A stretch of 64,000 nucleotides of DNA from a bacterium (GTDB taxonomy: Bacteria; Patescibacteriota; Saccharimonadia; Saccharimonadales; Saccharimonadaceae), in contig JAUMUX010000003.1 in the NCBI GenBank assembly GCA_030530485.1, positions 13,685 to 77,684 on the forward strand. Reading direction: 5' to 3'. Positions 19,560 through 30,256 of the stretch are shown here, piece by piece. A program made the translations under genes and the position numbers. The notes beneath the pieces are model-generated. The model did no database searches. It was not told the origin of the DNA and saw only the letters and a list, made by a program, of their open reading frames with translations. Position 1 is the first letter of the stretch; each line of letters begins with the position of its first letter.

Positions 19560-19598
19560 ACCCTTTTCGAAAAGCCCAAAATTTGTTAAAATGGATTT

Positions 19599-20723
19599 AT
19601 GGAAAATGATTTTGATTTGGCGAATTTTGACGGCGATATTTTTGAAGATTTTACCAAAGACACGGTGAAATTAGCTTCAAAAAAGCCCCAAAAACGCATT
19701 CCCGTGGTGATGATTTCTGGCTTTTTGGGTTCAGGAAAAACCACTTTATTAAACAATATTTTGCGTAATTCGCCAGAGCTAAAAATTGGCGCAATCGTGA
19801 ATGATTTTGGCAAAATTAACGTCGATAACCGATTAGTTTCGGGCACTTTTCGCGAAAACCAAATCGACTTGAGCAATGGCTGCGTTTGTTGTATGCTTGG
19901 CGACAACGGTTTGCGCGAGCCACTCGACCAACTGGCGAACGAAAATTCGCAATTAGACGCCATCGTGCTTGAAGCCAGCGGTATCGCCGAGCCTTTTGAT
20001 TTGATGAATACTTTGCGCTTTTCGGGCAATGAATTTACGTTTTTTGGCGGCAATATTTATGTTATCGACGCGCAAAATTTTCAGCAAGCGCAGCACGATT
20101 TTCCGACTCATTTCAAAAAATGCCTGCAAACTGCCGATATTTTTCTCATCAATAAAACCGATTTAGCCACGCCCGAGCAAATCGCCGAAATTCACGATTT
20201 AATCCGCAGCCTAAACACGCGCGCTTTGATTTTCGAAAGCCAAAATAGCCAAATCGACCCACGAATTCTTTTCGAAAATCTCACTGAAAATTCGAAAACT
20301 CCCGAGCCAATTTTCGAAAACTCTGCCGCAAGCCACACTTCGCACCACCATCATCATAGTCACGCTGAGCATCTCCACGCGCAATTTCAATCAATTTCTT
20401 TCGAAATCGAAAAGCCGCTCGACACCAAAAAATTCATTGATTTTCTGGATAATTTGCCTACGAATTTATTCCGCGCGAAGGGCTTTTGCTATTTTGGTTT
20501 AAAGGGTTATGAGCAAAAATACGTCTTGCAAATTGTGGGAAAAATGGTTGAAATCCACGCCGAAGAATGGCAAGAAAACGAAACGCCCAAAACCGAATTG
20601 GTGCTGATTGGCGCCGAAATGGATTGCGAAAAAATCGAGGCGCAACTTCGAGAGATTATCGATTCAAATCCCGCCGAAATTACGCCTGAAAATATGATGA
20701 ATTTTGAGCGATTTATGCTTTAA
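19599..20723 (+). CDS. COG0523 / CobW-family G3E GTPase (zinc metallochaperone-like, ZigA/YeiR type)
   Basis: Walker A GFLGSGKTTLL, CxCC metal motif GCVCCML, His-rich stretch SHTSHHHHHSHAEH, CobW C-terminal domain. Confidence 0.85.
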   Translation: MENDFDLANFDGDIFEDFTKDTVKLASKKPQKRIPVVMISGFLGSGKTTLLNNILRNSPELKIGAIVNDFGKINVDNRLVSGTFRENQIDLSNGCVCCMLGDNGLREPLDQLANENSQLDAIVLEASGIAEPFDLMNTLRFSGNEFTFFGGNIYVIDAQNFQQAQHDFPTHFKKCLQTADIFLINKTDLATPEQIAEIHDLIRSLNTRALIFESQNSQIDPRILFENLTENSKTPEPIFENSAASHTSHHHHHSHAEHLHAQFQSISFEIEKPLDTKKFIDFLDNLPTNLFRAKGFCYFGLKGYEQKYVLQIVGKMVEIHAEEWQENETPKTELVLIGAEMDCEKIEAQLREIIDSNPAEITPENMMNFERFML

Positions 20724-23250
20724 AATTCTGCAAAAATTCTTCCACGCCAGCTTTGTCGCGAGCAATTAAATCAACGCGACTCTGGATTTCGCGCGCGCCC
20801 ATTTCGATTGCGCGAGTCAAACTTGGGTCTGCTTTTAGTGGCTCGAAAAAGGTTTTAAATTCCGCCAAATGCTTTTCGGTGCGCAAAACTGCCCCCGAAT
20901 AGCGCGGAAAATCGTTGTAGCTTTTATCGCCGGCAAAAGTTTCTTCCAGCCAATGCCAGTTTTCGCGCAGCCAACTCCACGCCAAATCGCGCGTTTTTGC
21001 ATTGCGCAAAAGCCGAATATACCAGCTCAAAATATCCTGCGCTCGCACCACGCCAGTCTTTATTTTTTCAAAGAAAATTTGCGCAGTTTCAGGTTTTTGA
21101 CTCGAAGTTAGCGCCGCCAGCAAATCGTCGCGATAATCCACATTCGCGGTCGTTTCATAATCGCTCAGCATTTTCGCCACCACCTCTGGCGTTTCGGCAA
21201 AGCGAATTTTCGCCGTCAAAACCAAACTTCGAATTTCCGCATCGATTTCGCTCATCGCGGGCGCATTTTCGAAAATCTCCAGCGCTTTCGAAATCACTTT
21301 TTCATCTTCGGCGTAAATCATATGCGCCAAAATTAAACTACGCAACTGCGTGTCTTCTTCATTCTCGCCAGCTTTTCGCTCAAAGCCCAGCCGCGCAAAT
21401 TCACGCCGTGCCAATTCGCCCACAAATTCTTTGAGCTTTTTTGAACTTTCAGAATCTTCATCGGCAAAAATCTTCAGCTCGCCAATCAGCAAACTCATCA
21501 TATCCCAAACATTCAGCGCATTCTCGGTTTTGAAATTCTCCAGCGTGCGCAACAAATCGGCGCTTTGAATCGCCCCACCGCGCGCCAGAAGCGAGCGTTC
21601 CTGCAAAATCTGAAGCCGCGAAATCGTATCAAGTTCGCCCTTTCGAATTTTCGAAAGCAATTTTTCGAAAAGTTCATCGCTACATTTCGTGATAAAATGC
21701 GCCACATTGCCGCGGTTCAGCTGCAAATATTCGCCTGAAAATTCCGCCACAATCGCCTTTTCGCTCATAATTTCAGGTAGATTTGGTTGATTCGAGCCAA
21801 GCAAAATTGGCCAAATTCGCCCTTTATCTTCGCCCTTACCGACAAAAAATTGCTGCTGGTTTAGATTGATTTTGCCCGAGTTTAATTCCGCCGCCACGCT
21901 CGGATAGCCCGATTTTTGCAGCCAAGGTTCCATAAATTCCGCCACATTTTTACCCGAAGCCTCGCTCAAACAATCCCACAAATTGGCGCCAGTCGTATTT
22001 TGATATTTGAATTTTTCGAAATAATTGCGCAAGCCATTTCGAAAAGCCTCGTCGCCAACATAATTTCGCAACATATTCATCAAGCGCGCGCCCTTCGCAT
22101 AAACAATCGCGCCGTCAAAAATCGTGCCGATTTCATCTGGGTGATGAACTGGAACGTGCACCGCCTGGACGCCATCAATCGCATCGCGGCGCAAGCTCAA
22201 AATCGCCTCGTTCACCGCAAATTCTTCCCAAATTTTCCAGTTTGGCTCCAGCACATCCACCGCAAGATATTCCATCATCGTCGCAAAAGATTCGTTCAGC
22301 CAAAGCTCGTCCCACCATTTCATCGTTACCAGATTGCCAAACCATTGGTGCGAAGTTTCGTGCGCAATCACCAGCGCCACGTATTTTTTGGCCGCAATCG
22401 CCGACTTTTCGCCAGCCAAAAGCGCCGTTTCGCGATAGGTAATCAAACCCCAGTTTTCCATTGCTCCGCTCGAAAAATCCGGCAAAGCCAAGTGGTCGCA
22501 TTTCGAAAGAGGAAATTTTTGCCCGAAAAAATCTTCATAAAATTCCAGCACGCGTACCGCAAAATCAAGCGGAAAATTGAGCAATTCCGCATTTTGAACC
22601 TTCGTCGCCAAAACCGAAACTTCCACGCCACTTTTCGTCTTTTTCGAAATTCGCTGAAAATCACCCATCGCAAAAGCCAGCAAATAAGTACTCATTTTGG
22701 GCGTGATTTCAAATTCCACTCGCTGAAAATCCGCGGATTCATCGCGCTGTTGGATTTTGGTATTGGCTAAAAGTTCCAGATTTTTGGGTGCCAGCAAAAT
22801 AAGGTCGAACGTCGCCTTCGCTTCGGGTTCATCAATGCACGGGAAAACCTCGCGCGCGTGGTGGCTTTCAAATTGCGTTGCAAAAAGCTCCTTTTTTTCG
22901 CCATTTTCAAGATAATAGCAAGGGTAAAGTCCATGCATCGCGTCGGTGATTTTACCCGAAAATTCTAAGCGCAAAGTTATTTCATCGCCCGCGTGTAAAT
23001 TTTGGTCGCGCAAATCGATGTAAATTTCATCATTTTCGCCTTTCGAAAAGTTCAATTCTGCGTTTCGATTTTCGAAAATAATTTTCGAAATCGCCAAATC
23101 TTTTGCGTGCAGCGCCAAACTTTGCGGATTTTTCGCCACGCCACGAATTTCTACCGAACCGCCAAATTCGCGTTTTTGCGCCGAGCGTAAATCAAGCTCC
23201 AAGCGGTAATTTTCTGGCACAAAATCTTCAATCAACCTTTTAATTTTCAC
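20713..23250 (-). CDS. pepN: aminopeptidase N (M1 family zinc metallopeptidase)
   Basis: 845 aa; GAMEN exopeptidase motif and HETSHQWFGN...E zinc site; GTG start with AGGAGG RBS. Confidence 0.9.
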   Translation of the reverse strand: MKIKRLIEDFVPENYRLELDLRSAQKREFGGSVEIRGVAKNPQSLALHAKDLAISKIIFENRNAELNFSKGENDEIYIDLRDQNLHAGDEITLRLEFSGKITDAMHGLYPCYYLENGEKKELFATQFESHHAREVFPCIDEPEAKATFDLILLAPKNLELLANTKIQQRDESADFQRVEFEITPKMSTYLLAFAMGDFQRISKKTKSGVEVSVLATKVQNAELLNFPLDFAVRVLEFYEDFFGQKFPLSKCDHLALPDFSSGAMENWGLITYRETALLAGEKSAIAAKKYVALVIAHETSHQWFGNLVTMKWWDELWLNESFATMMEYLAVDVLEPNWKIWEEFAVNEAILSLRRDAIDGVQAVHVPVHHPDEIGTIFDGAIVYAKGARLMNMLRNYVGDEAFRNGLRNYFEKFKYQNTTGANLWDCLSEASGKNVAEFMEPWLQKSGYPSVAAELNSGKINLNQQQFFVGKGEDKGRIWPILLGSNQPNLPEIMSEKAIVAEFSGEYLQLNRGNVAHFITKCSDELFEKLLSKIRKGELDTISRLQILQERSLLARGGAIQSADLLRTLENFKTENALNVWDMMSLLIGELKIFADEDSESSKKLKEFVGELARREFARLGFERKAGENEEDTQLRSLILAHMIYAEDEKVISKALEIFENAPAMSEIDAEIRSLVLTAKIRFAETPEVVAKMLSDYETTANVDYRDDLLAALTSSQKPETAQIFFEKIKTGVVRAQDILSWYIRLLRNAKTRDLAWSWLRENWHWLEETFAGDKSYNDFPRYSGAVLRTEKHLAEFKTFFEPLKADPSLTRAIEMGAREIQSRVDLIARDKAGVEEFLQNFKA

Positions 23251-24977
23251 AAAATCCTCCTTTTAAAATCTTCCAAAATCGAATCAATTTTCACGCGCTC
23301 GGCGGGGTTTTCGAACAGCCATTGCGCGTAAATTTTGAGCTTCGGCTCGGTGCCGCTGGGACGCAAAGCTATCCGCCGATGGGGTGAATCGAATTCGAAA
23401 CTCACCGCGTTGGTTTTTTCCAGCATTTCGAAATTCGAAATCTCGCCAGTGCGCAAATCGCGCGCGCGTAAATTTTCGAAATCGCGAATTTTCCTGGCAT
23501 TCGCCGCAATCTCGCCTTTTCGCGCCCGCGCCATAATTTCTTGCATTTTCTTGAATCCTTCCGCGCCAGAAAATTCAATCACCTCTGTTTTTTCGGCAAA
23601 ATTTCCGATTTCGGCATAAATTTCTGCCAGCTTTTCGCCCAAAGTTTGATTTTTCAGTTTCAATTCCGCCGCCAATTCCGCCGCCATCAAACCAATCGTC
23701 GCGGCATCTTTATCGCGAACCTGCGCGCCAACCAAACCGCCGAGGCTTTCTTCAAATCCCGCCAAAAATTCATCACCCAAAAGCTCACGCTCGCGGATTT
23801 TTTTGCCGATAAATTTGAAGCCGACGGGCAGATTATCATAAATTTTCACGCCGTATTTTTGCGCCAAAATATTCAAAGCCTCGGTGGTCACAAAGCTTTT
23901 GCAGATGAATTTCACGCCTTCGAAATACGGCTTCGAAAATCCGCTCGTGCCTTTCGAGAGGATAAAATCCGCCACTAAAATCGCCGTTTCGTTGCCGCTA
24001 AAAACGCGTGCTTCGCCATTTTTTTCGTGCGAAATCACACAAATGCGGTCGGCATCTGGGTCGGTAGTCAGCGCAATATCGGCGTGAGTTTCTTGCATTT
24101 TTTGAATCGCCAGCTGATTCGCCGCAAGGTTTTCGGGGTTCGGTTTTTGGTCGGGCAAGCTCGAAAAATCACCATCGGCACGCATTTGCTCTTCAACCAC
24201 CGCAATATCTTTAAAACCCGCCGCCAAAAGCGTTTTGAGCAAGTTCGTCCAGCCCGTTCCATGAATCGGTGAAAAAGCAATTTTCAACTCGCGCGATTGG
24301 CTTTTTGCAAGCGCAACAACTCGCGAAATATACGCACGGTCGATTTCTTCGCCAATTATTTCAATTCGCTTTTGTTGCTGAAGATTTACAAAATCCCCAC
24401 GCTGAACTCGCGAAATATTTTGTGCAATCGCCAGCAAATTCTGGTCGTGCGGCGCCGAAATTTGCGCACCATCGCTCCAATAAATCTTAATTCCGTTATC
24501 TTCAGGCGGATTATGGCTCGCCGAAATCACAATTCCCGCGCCGGTTTTCAAATGTCGCACCGCAAAAGAAAGCTCGGGAGTAGAGCGAAAATCTTCAAAA
24601 AAATAAACTTTCACGCCGTTCGCGCCCAAAACTTCAGCACAAATTTTAGCCAATTCCGCCGAAGAATTGCGCACGTCGTAAGCCACCGCCACGCTGGGAT
24701 TTTCGATTTTTCCTTCCCTCAAATAATCTGCCAGCGCCTGCGCACTCTCGGCAATCGTAATCGCATTGATTCGATTCGGCCCCGCGCCCACTTTGCCGCG
24801 CCGACCCGCCGTGCCAAATTCAAGCGTTTTAAAAAACGCATCTTCCAGCTCAAGCCAATTTCGCTGCTCAATCTCCGACAAAATCTCATTTCGAAAATTC
24901 GAAAATCGCTCTTCGTTGAGCCATTTTTCCAAATTTTCGAAAGCCTTTTTCGAAAGATTTTGCTTTGCTTCGTTCAT
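23247..24977 (-). CDS. phosphoglucomutase/phosphomannomutase family protein
   Basis: SASHNPPEDNGIK phosphoserine loop, Mg-binding DPDADR, sugar-binding domain; start taken at MNEAKQ with AGGGAG RBS. Confidence 0.85.
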   Translation of the reverse strand: MNEAKQNLSKKAFENLEKWLNEERFSNFRNEILSEIEQRNWLELEDAFFKTLEFGTAGRRGKVGAGPNRINAITIAESAQALADYLREGKIENPSVAVAYDVRNSSAELAKICAEVLGANGVKVYFFEDFRSTPELSFAVRHLKTGAGIVISASHNPPEDNGIKIYWSDGAQISAPHDQNLLAIAQNISRVQRGDFVNLQQQKRIEIIGEEIDRAYISRVVALAKSQSRELKIAFSPIHGTGWTNLLKTLLAAGFKDIAVVEEQMRADGDFSSLPDQKPNPENLAANQLAIQKMQETHADIALTTDPDADRICVISHEKNGEARVFSGNETAILVADFILSKGTSGFSKPYFEGVKFICKSFVTTEALNILAQKYGVKIYDNLPVGFKFIGKKIRERELLGDEFLAGFEESLGGLVGAQVRDKDAATIGLMAAELAAELKLKNQTLGEKLAEIYAEIGNFAEKTEVIEFSGAEGFKKMQEIMARARKGEIAANARKIRDFENLRARDLRTGEISNFEMLEKTNAVSFEFDSPHRRIALRPSGTEPKLKIYAQWLFENPAERVKIDSILEDFKRRIL

Positions 24978-25069
24978 TTTTCTCCCTTTTATAAATTCTA
25001 TTTTATCATTTTCGAAACAAAAAATCAAAACGCTTGCGCTTTGTTCAACAATATGTTATAGTTAGATTT

Positions 25070-25345
25070 ATGAAAAGCCAATCGAAAACACAAAAAATCG
25101 CCGACGAAAATGCGCGAAGTGCGCAAATCAACCTTCTCGAAGAGTTGTTTTATGATATTTATCCAAACCGCTGGGTGATTTATAAAGTTAATTTTTTGCG
25201 TGGAATTTCTTTTGGTTTTGGCAGCGCGATTGGCGCCACCGTTTTATTCTTTCTTTTAATCTGGTTTTTGAATCTTTTTGTGAATATTCCTGGCGGAATT
25301 GGCGATTTTATTCAGGCAATTATCAACGCAATGAATTCGCGCTAA
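25070..25345 (+). CDS. small two-TM membrane protein (hypothetical)
   Basis: about 90 aa, hydrophobic core, bracketed by a terminator. Confidence 0.35.
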   Translation: MKSQSKTQKIADENARSAQINLLEELFYDIYPNRWVIYKVNFLRGISFGFGSAIGATVLFFLLIWFLNLFVNIPGGIGDFIQAIINAMNSR

Positions 25346-25348
25346 ATT

Positions 25349-25378
25349 AAAACGGAACCGAAGTTCCGTTTTTTTGTT
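25349..25378. terminator. bidirectional intrinsic terminator between small membrane ORF (+) and PBP1A (-)
   Basis: 8-bp stem aacggaac/gttccgtt with cgaa loop, A-run on one side and T-run on the other. Confidence 0.6.
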
Positions 25379-28181
25379 AGTTGCCGCTACTACTTGAGCT
25401 TTGGCGAATCGTTGGGCCAGCGTAGCTCTTTGAAGTCGTGTATCCTCCCGAATCTCGCACTTCGATGGTGACATTTTGACCACTCTTGGTGAATGTATAA
25501 TCGACCGAAAGCGAGTTGCCGCTTGGCGTTGCGGTGCTGACCGTTTCGCCATCGACCTTCACCACAACTGAGCTAATCGAATTTTTGCCTTGCGCAATCG
25601 AAATATTGATGCGATAGTTATTTCCGCTATGCGACGAATACGAAACGTCGTTAATTTGCGGCTTGGTGTCATCACAATTGTGCACGTCGTCTTCTGAATT
25701 GTAGTCGTATTCTGGGTCAGAAACCGTGTAAGATTTTGAACCTGTGGCTGCGTCAGTAGTTGTGTAAACCGCCAAAGTTACGCGTGTCGATTCTGGCGTA
25801 CAGGTGGTTGCTTTCTTTTTCGAAATCGAGTCGAATTGAACGTTCGTGCTGGTTGAATTTGATTTGCTTGAATTCCACCAAGACGGGCAAATATCTGAAA
25901 TGCTGCCGATTTTACAGTTCTGAATGCCTTCTGGTCGCTGGATTTTGTCGCCGCTCGACCATTTGCCGTCTGCGCCATAAACTTGCGGGTGAACCGCCTG
26001 CATATAATCATTAACCACTCGGCGCACGGTTGTATTGCTTGAAGTTCTGAGCGCCGAACCATCGTGATTTCCGCTCCAAACGCCCGTTGCAACTACTGGC
26101 GAATAGCTCATCATCCAAGAATCTTTTGCATTGCCGTGGCTATCGTCGGTCGTTCCAGTTTTTGAAGCTGTCCAAACACCAGGCACGTTGAAGCCGAAGC
26201 TCGTTGCTTGACCACCGAAAGTTGTCGTTCGAGCAGTTGCGTCAGCCAAAATATCCGTAATCATATAAGCGGCTTGTTTATCGACAACTTCTTTCGATTC
26301 ATCTTTCCATTCCATTAAAGTTTCGTTTGAGGAATTTACAACTTTCGTCACGTAAGTCAATTTTTTATAAACGCCGCCACGCGCCAACGAAGCATAAGCG
26401 TTTGTGTGCTCGTCTTGACGAACCGAACATCCACCGCCAATTGCCGCAGAAAGCCCAGCATCTTTATTATTTGCACAATAAGAAGTATCGCCCAAATCTT
26501 GCGCTACCTGCAAGCCGTTATTCACGCCCACAATCGAAAGCGCTTTCACCGCAGCAATATTTAGCGAGTTGCCAAGGCTATATCGAATCGAAACATTGCC
26601 GTAGAATCGACGATTGGCGTTGCGCAAACTACATGAGCTTGAAGTATTTCCGCCACAGTAAAGTTTGTCGATATTTTCGTCTTTCAAAATCGTTCCCGGC
26701 GTGAAGACGTTATCGGTTTTCGAAAACAGCGCGGCGTAATCGACAATCGGCTTAATACTCGAACCTGGGTCGAGATTTGCTGTTGCGGCGTTGGTTTGAC
26801 CATAGCCAGCCGTGTCATAGCCAATTGAGCCAACTTGCGCAATCACTTGGCCAGTTTGAACATCGACCGAAGTTAAAGCAATATTGTCCGCACCAGAGGT
26901 AGAAAGCGTGCTTACACCCGTAGCCACCGCCTGCTCAGCAAGCTTTTGCGCGCGCAAATCCAAAGTTGTGTTAATTGTCAAGCCGCCATTTCCCACTACT
27001 TTCACACCAAGCTCTTTTTCGAGCTGGCTTTTAACTTCCAGCACGAAATGCGGCGCCACCATATTTGAATACTGGTCGGTTTCTGGTTTAAGCGTGCTTA
27101 GAACATCGTATTCTTTAGCCTCTTTGGCTTCTTTTTCCGAGATATAACCAACTTCAACCATATCGTCGAGCACTTTATGCTGACGCTTAATCAAACTGGT
27201 ATTGTATTCAGTGTTGTATGGATTATAAACCGCTGGGTTGTTTGGAATTGCTGCGAGTAGCGCCGCCTCGGCTAAGTTTAAATCTTTCGAACTTTTACCG
27301 AAGTAAGTTTGCGCACCAGATTCGACGCCATTTCGACGCCCGCCATAAGGCGATTCATTCAAATAAAGCGCCAAAATTTCATCTTTGGTATACATACGCT
27401 CAACTTCAATCGCCAAAATCATCTCTTTAATTTTGCGCGGAATACCAGCAATACCTCGCTCCGAAGACTCGTCCGAGAAATAAACTTGCTTAATCAGCTG
27501 TTGCGTAAGCGTTGAGCCACCTTGCGTTGCGCCACCTCTAAAATTATTAATTACCGAGCGCAAAATTGCCCAAAGGTCGATTCCGCTGTGCTTGTAAAAA
27601 TCACGGTCTTCAATCGCCACCGTAGCTTTTTTCACTAATTCCGAAATCTCGGTGCCTTCAACCGTCAGTTTATAATCGCCCGTTCCTTTGTCTTCCCAAA
27701 GCAATTCGCCATTGCGGTCGTAATATTTATTCACCGTAGTTTGCACGCGTTTGGCCAATTCTTCTGGCTTAATTTGATTCAAATCTTTTTGGAAATAAAT
27801 AAACAGCCCAATAATCAGCACCGCCACCAAAGCCGCACCGCCACCAAGAATCTTCAAAGCCATCAAGAGACCTTTTTTCGAAAACCAGTATTTTGCTACT
27901 CGCTTGGGGTGTAAATGCCAAAAGAAACGCTTAACTGGGTTTTTTGGCAAGCTCGCCAAATATTCCGCCCGTTCGCGCGCCTTGGCGTCTTTTTTGGTTT
28001 GCCGTTTATGCGCTAAATTCGCGTAAAGGCCTAAGTTGTTCTTACTCGAAGCTACTCTTTTCGAAGCTCCGCTCGCAGTTTTCGAAACGCTTTTCGCTTT
28101 CGAATCGGCTACTTTCGAAGCGCGTGCGCCCGATTTATTCCTGCTGGTTACTTTCCGCATTTTATCCATAACTACTTTCAA
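25377..28181 (-). CDS. penicillin-binding protein 1A (bifunctional transglycosylase/transpeptidase) with basic N-terminal tail and about 230-aa S/T-rich C-terminal extension
   Basis: GT51 motifs EDRDFYKHSGID, RQGGSTLTQQL; TPase SSIK, SLGNS, KTGT; 934 aa. Confidence 0.9.
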   Translation of the reverse strand: MKVVMDKMRKVTSRNKSGARASKVADSKAKSVSKTASGASKRVASSKNNLGLYANLAHKRQTKKDAKARERAEYLASLPKNPVKRFFWHLHPKRVAKYWFSKKGLLMALKILGGGAALVAVLIIGLFIYFQKDLNQIKPEELAKRVQTTVNKYYDRNGELLWEDKGTGDYKLTVEGTEISELVKKATVAIEDRDFYKHSGIDLWAILRSVINNFRGGATQGGSTLTQQLIKQVYFSDESSERGIAGIPRKIKEMILAIEVERMYTKDEILALYLNESPYGGRRNGVESGAQTYFGKSSKDLNLAEAALLAAIPNNPAVYNPYNTEYNTSLIKRQHKVLDDMVEVGYISEKEAKEAKEYDVLSTLKPETDQYSNMVAPHFVLEVKSQLEKELGVKVVGNGGLTINTTLDLRAQKLAEQAVATGVSTLSTSGADNIALTSVDVQTGQVIAQVGSIGYDTAGYGQTNAATANLDPGSSIKPIVDYAALFSKTDNVFTPGTILKDENIDKLYCGGNTSSSCSLRNANRRFYGNVSIRYSLGNSLNIAAVKALSIVGVNNGLQVAQDLGDTSYCANNKDAGLSAAIGGGCSVRQDEHTNAYASLARGGVYKKLTYVTKVVNSSNETLMEWKDESKEVVDKQAAYMITDILADATARTTTFGGQATSFGFNVPGVWTASKTGTTDDSHGNAKDSWMMSYSPVVATGVWSGNHDGSALRTSSNTTVRRVVNDYMQAVHPQVYGADGKWSSGDKIQRPEGIQNCKIGSISDICPSWWNSSKSNSTSTNVQFDSISKKKATTCTPESTRVTLAVYTTTDAATGSKSYTVSDPEYDYNSEDDVHNCDDTKPQINDVSYSSHSGNNYRINISIAQGKNSISSVVVKVDGETVSTATPSGNSLSVDYTFTKSGQNVTIEVRDSGGYTTSKSYAGPTIRQSSSSSGN

Positions 28182-28287
28182 TTATACACGATTCATTCGC
28201 CATTTTCAACGCAAATTTATTTTCTACTAAATTGATTTTTAGCCATTTTATTGGTATAATTAAAGAATTAAATCTAAAGGAGCGAAA

Positions 28288-29496
28288 ATGAAATTATCAG
28301 AAGAGTTAAAATGGCGTGGTTTTTGGAATCAAACTACTTTTAAAGATGAAAATATAATCGACAACACCCATTTCAAACTCTATCTTGGCACCGACCCTTC
28401 TGCCGATAGCCTGCACGTGGGGCATTTGGCAGTTTATATGATGGTGCGCCGTTTTATCGAGCGCGGGCACGAGGTGGTTTTGCTGGTTGGCGGCGGCACT
28501 GGCGTGATTGGCGATATGCGCGACACTGAGGAACGCTCGCTTTTGCCTCTGGAAGAAATTTCGAAAAACACCGCCGCGCTTTCGAATCAAGTTTCGAAGC
28601 TTTTTGCGGGCAAAGATTTTGAGTTGGTGAACAATCACGATTGGCTCAAAGATATTTCGCTCCTGCCTTTCCTCCGTGATATTGGCAAAAAATTCAATAT
28701 GGCTGAACTCACCAGTCGTGAGTTTTTCAAGGCGCGAATCGGCAACGGTGGCGGCTTGAGCTATGCGGAATTTTCTTACACCATTTTGCAGGGCTACGAT
28801 TTTCTTCATTTAAATCGCGAAAAAGGCGTGAATTTGCAAATTGGCGGCAGCGACCAGTGGGGAAATTTGCTTTCGGGCGTGGAATTGATTCGCAAAGCCG
28901 ATGGGCGTGAAGTTTTTGCGATGACCGCTCCTTTGGTTATCAATAAATCAACTGGTCGCAAATTCGGCAAAAGCGAAGGCGGCGCGGTTTGGCTTGACGA
29001 AAACAAAACCAGCGTTTATAAATTCTACCAATTTTGGCTCAACGCCGACGACGAAGGCGCGATTGATTACTTGAAGCTCTTCACGATGCTTTCGAAAGAA
29101 GAAATCGAAAAAATCGAAAGCGAACACAAAGCTGCGCCACATCTTCGAATTGCGCAAAAAACTCTCGCGCGCAAAGTGACCGATTTGATTCACGGCGAAG
29201 AGCGTCGCAAGGCGGTCGAAAAAGTCACCGAAGTGCTTTTTGGCGGCTTGAAAATTAACGAACTTTCGAAAGATGAAATCGAAATTCTTGCGGGCGAAAT
29301 CGCCACAGCGCCAATCGGCACGGATGTAATTTCGGCGCTCACAGCCAGTGGCTTCGCCAAAAGCGCGGGCGAAGCGAAACGCTTAATTAGCGGCAACGCC
29401 ATTTCTATTAACGGTCAAAAAATCCAAGAAAACCAAACAATCGCTCAAACCGCGCTGATTAAAAAAGGTAAAAACAGCTTCATTTTGGTCAAATAA
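28288..29496 (+). CDS. tyrS: tyrosine--tRNA ligase
   Basis: HIGH motif (HVGHL), KFGKSEG (KMSKS variant), C-terminal S4-like domain. Confidence 0.9.
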   Translation: MKLSEELKWRGFWNQTTFKDENIIDNTHFKLYLGTDPSADSLHVGHLAVYMMVRRFIERGHEVVLLVGGGTGVIGDMRDTEERSLLPLEEISKNTAALSNQVSKLFAGKDFELVNNHDWLKDISLLPFLRDIGKKFNMAELTSREFFKARIGNGGGLSYAEFSYTILQGYDFLHLNREKGVNLQIGGSDQWGNLLSGVELIRKADGREVFAMTAPLVINKSTGRKFGKSEGGAVWLDENKTSVYKFYQFWLNADDEGAIDYLKLFTMLSKEEIEKIESEHKAAPHLRIAQKTLARKVTDLIHGEERRKAVEKVTEVLFGGLKINELSKDEIEILAGEIATAPIGTDVISALTASGFAKSAGEAKRLISGNAISINGQKIQENQTIAQTALIKKGKNSFILVK

Positions 29497-29501
29497 CAAC
29501 A

Positions 29502-29530
29502 AAATCTCCCAATCGCTCGGGAGATTTTTA
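29502..29530 (+). terminator. intrinsic terminator after tyrS
   Basis: 9-bp stem aaatctccc/gggagattt followed by a T-run. Confidence 0.6.
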
Positions 29531-29571
29531 CAAACAGTTTAATCTTTTATTTTTCGAAAAGTTTTCGAAAG

Positions 29572-29880
29572 TTAAACTTTCTTTTCGAAACCTTTTTTCG
29601 CGCCTTCAACCGTATTCAAAGCTCGTTTTTGCAATTTCGAAGCTTCAACTTTCATTTCCTCAACTTTCGCGTCGGTTTTTACCTTAGCTTCTTCGACAAA
29701 TTCACCAACTTTTTCGCCCGCTTCTTTGGCGGCTTTTTCAGTATTTTTACCGATTTCGTCAGCTTTCTTTTTTAAATCTTCGCGTGTTTCTTTACCGCTT
29801 TTTGGTGCGGTCAAAATTCCAGCAATCGCGCCAAAAATTCCGCCTAAAAGTAATCCTTTTACAAATCGATTTTTACTCAT
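29572..29880 (-). CDS. YtxH-domain membrane-associated protein
   Basis: 102 aa; N-terminal GLLLGGIFGAIAGILTAP helix then charged coiled region, typical YtxH. Confidence 0.55.
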   Translation of the reverse strand: MSKNRFVKGLLLGGIFGAIAGILTAPKSGKETREDLKKKADEIGKNTEKAAKEAGEKVGEFVEEAKVKTDAKVEEMKVEASKLQKRALNTVEGAKKGFEKKV

Positions 29881-30141
29881 TTATTTTGCTCCTTTTTCTT
29901 TGGTTTTAAATTTTTTGAATACATCCATCACCGTTTTGCCGATAATAATTGGCGAGGTGATTTGCGCAATATTTTTGGTCATTTCATCGATATTTTTTGA
30001 AATATTTTGTGCGTGCTCGGCGGCATCACCGATTTGGCGCGTAACTTTGATAATCAAAATTACACAGATTATCGCGAGAATGATAAAAATAGCTAGCGCG
30101 GCAGAGAGAATTACAACTAAAATTTCTGCAGCTGAACTCAT
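29881..30141 (-). CDS. DUF948-like membrane protein
   Basis: 86 aa; N-terminal TM helix plus amphipathic helix; paired with YtxH as in Firmicutes ytxG-ytxH. Confidence 0.5.
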   Translation of the reverse strand: MSSAAEILVVILSAALAIFIILAIICVILIIKVTRQIGDAAEHAQNISKNIDEMTKNIAQITSPIIIGKTVMDVFKKFKTKEKGAK

Positions 30142-30256
30142 TTTTCTCCTTTGATTTTAATGTTTTGTTTTTATTTTTGATTTTGTTCAAATCTGACTGT
30201 ATTTTAACATAAAATAATTCTTATGTCAAGAGTTTTTGTGAATTTTATGCAAAAAT

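Noticed and set aside
28182-28287. T-box leader upstream of tyrS
   Set aside because: The leader between the predicted promoter and the ATG is only about 30 nt. It is far too short for a T-box riboswitch, and no specifier or antiterminator elements are present.
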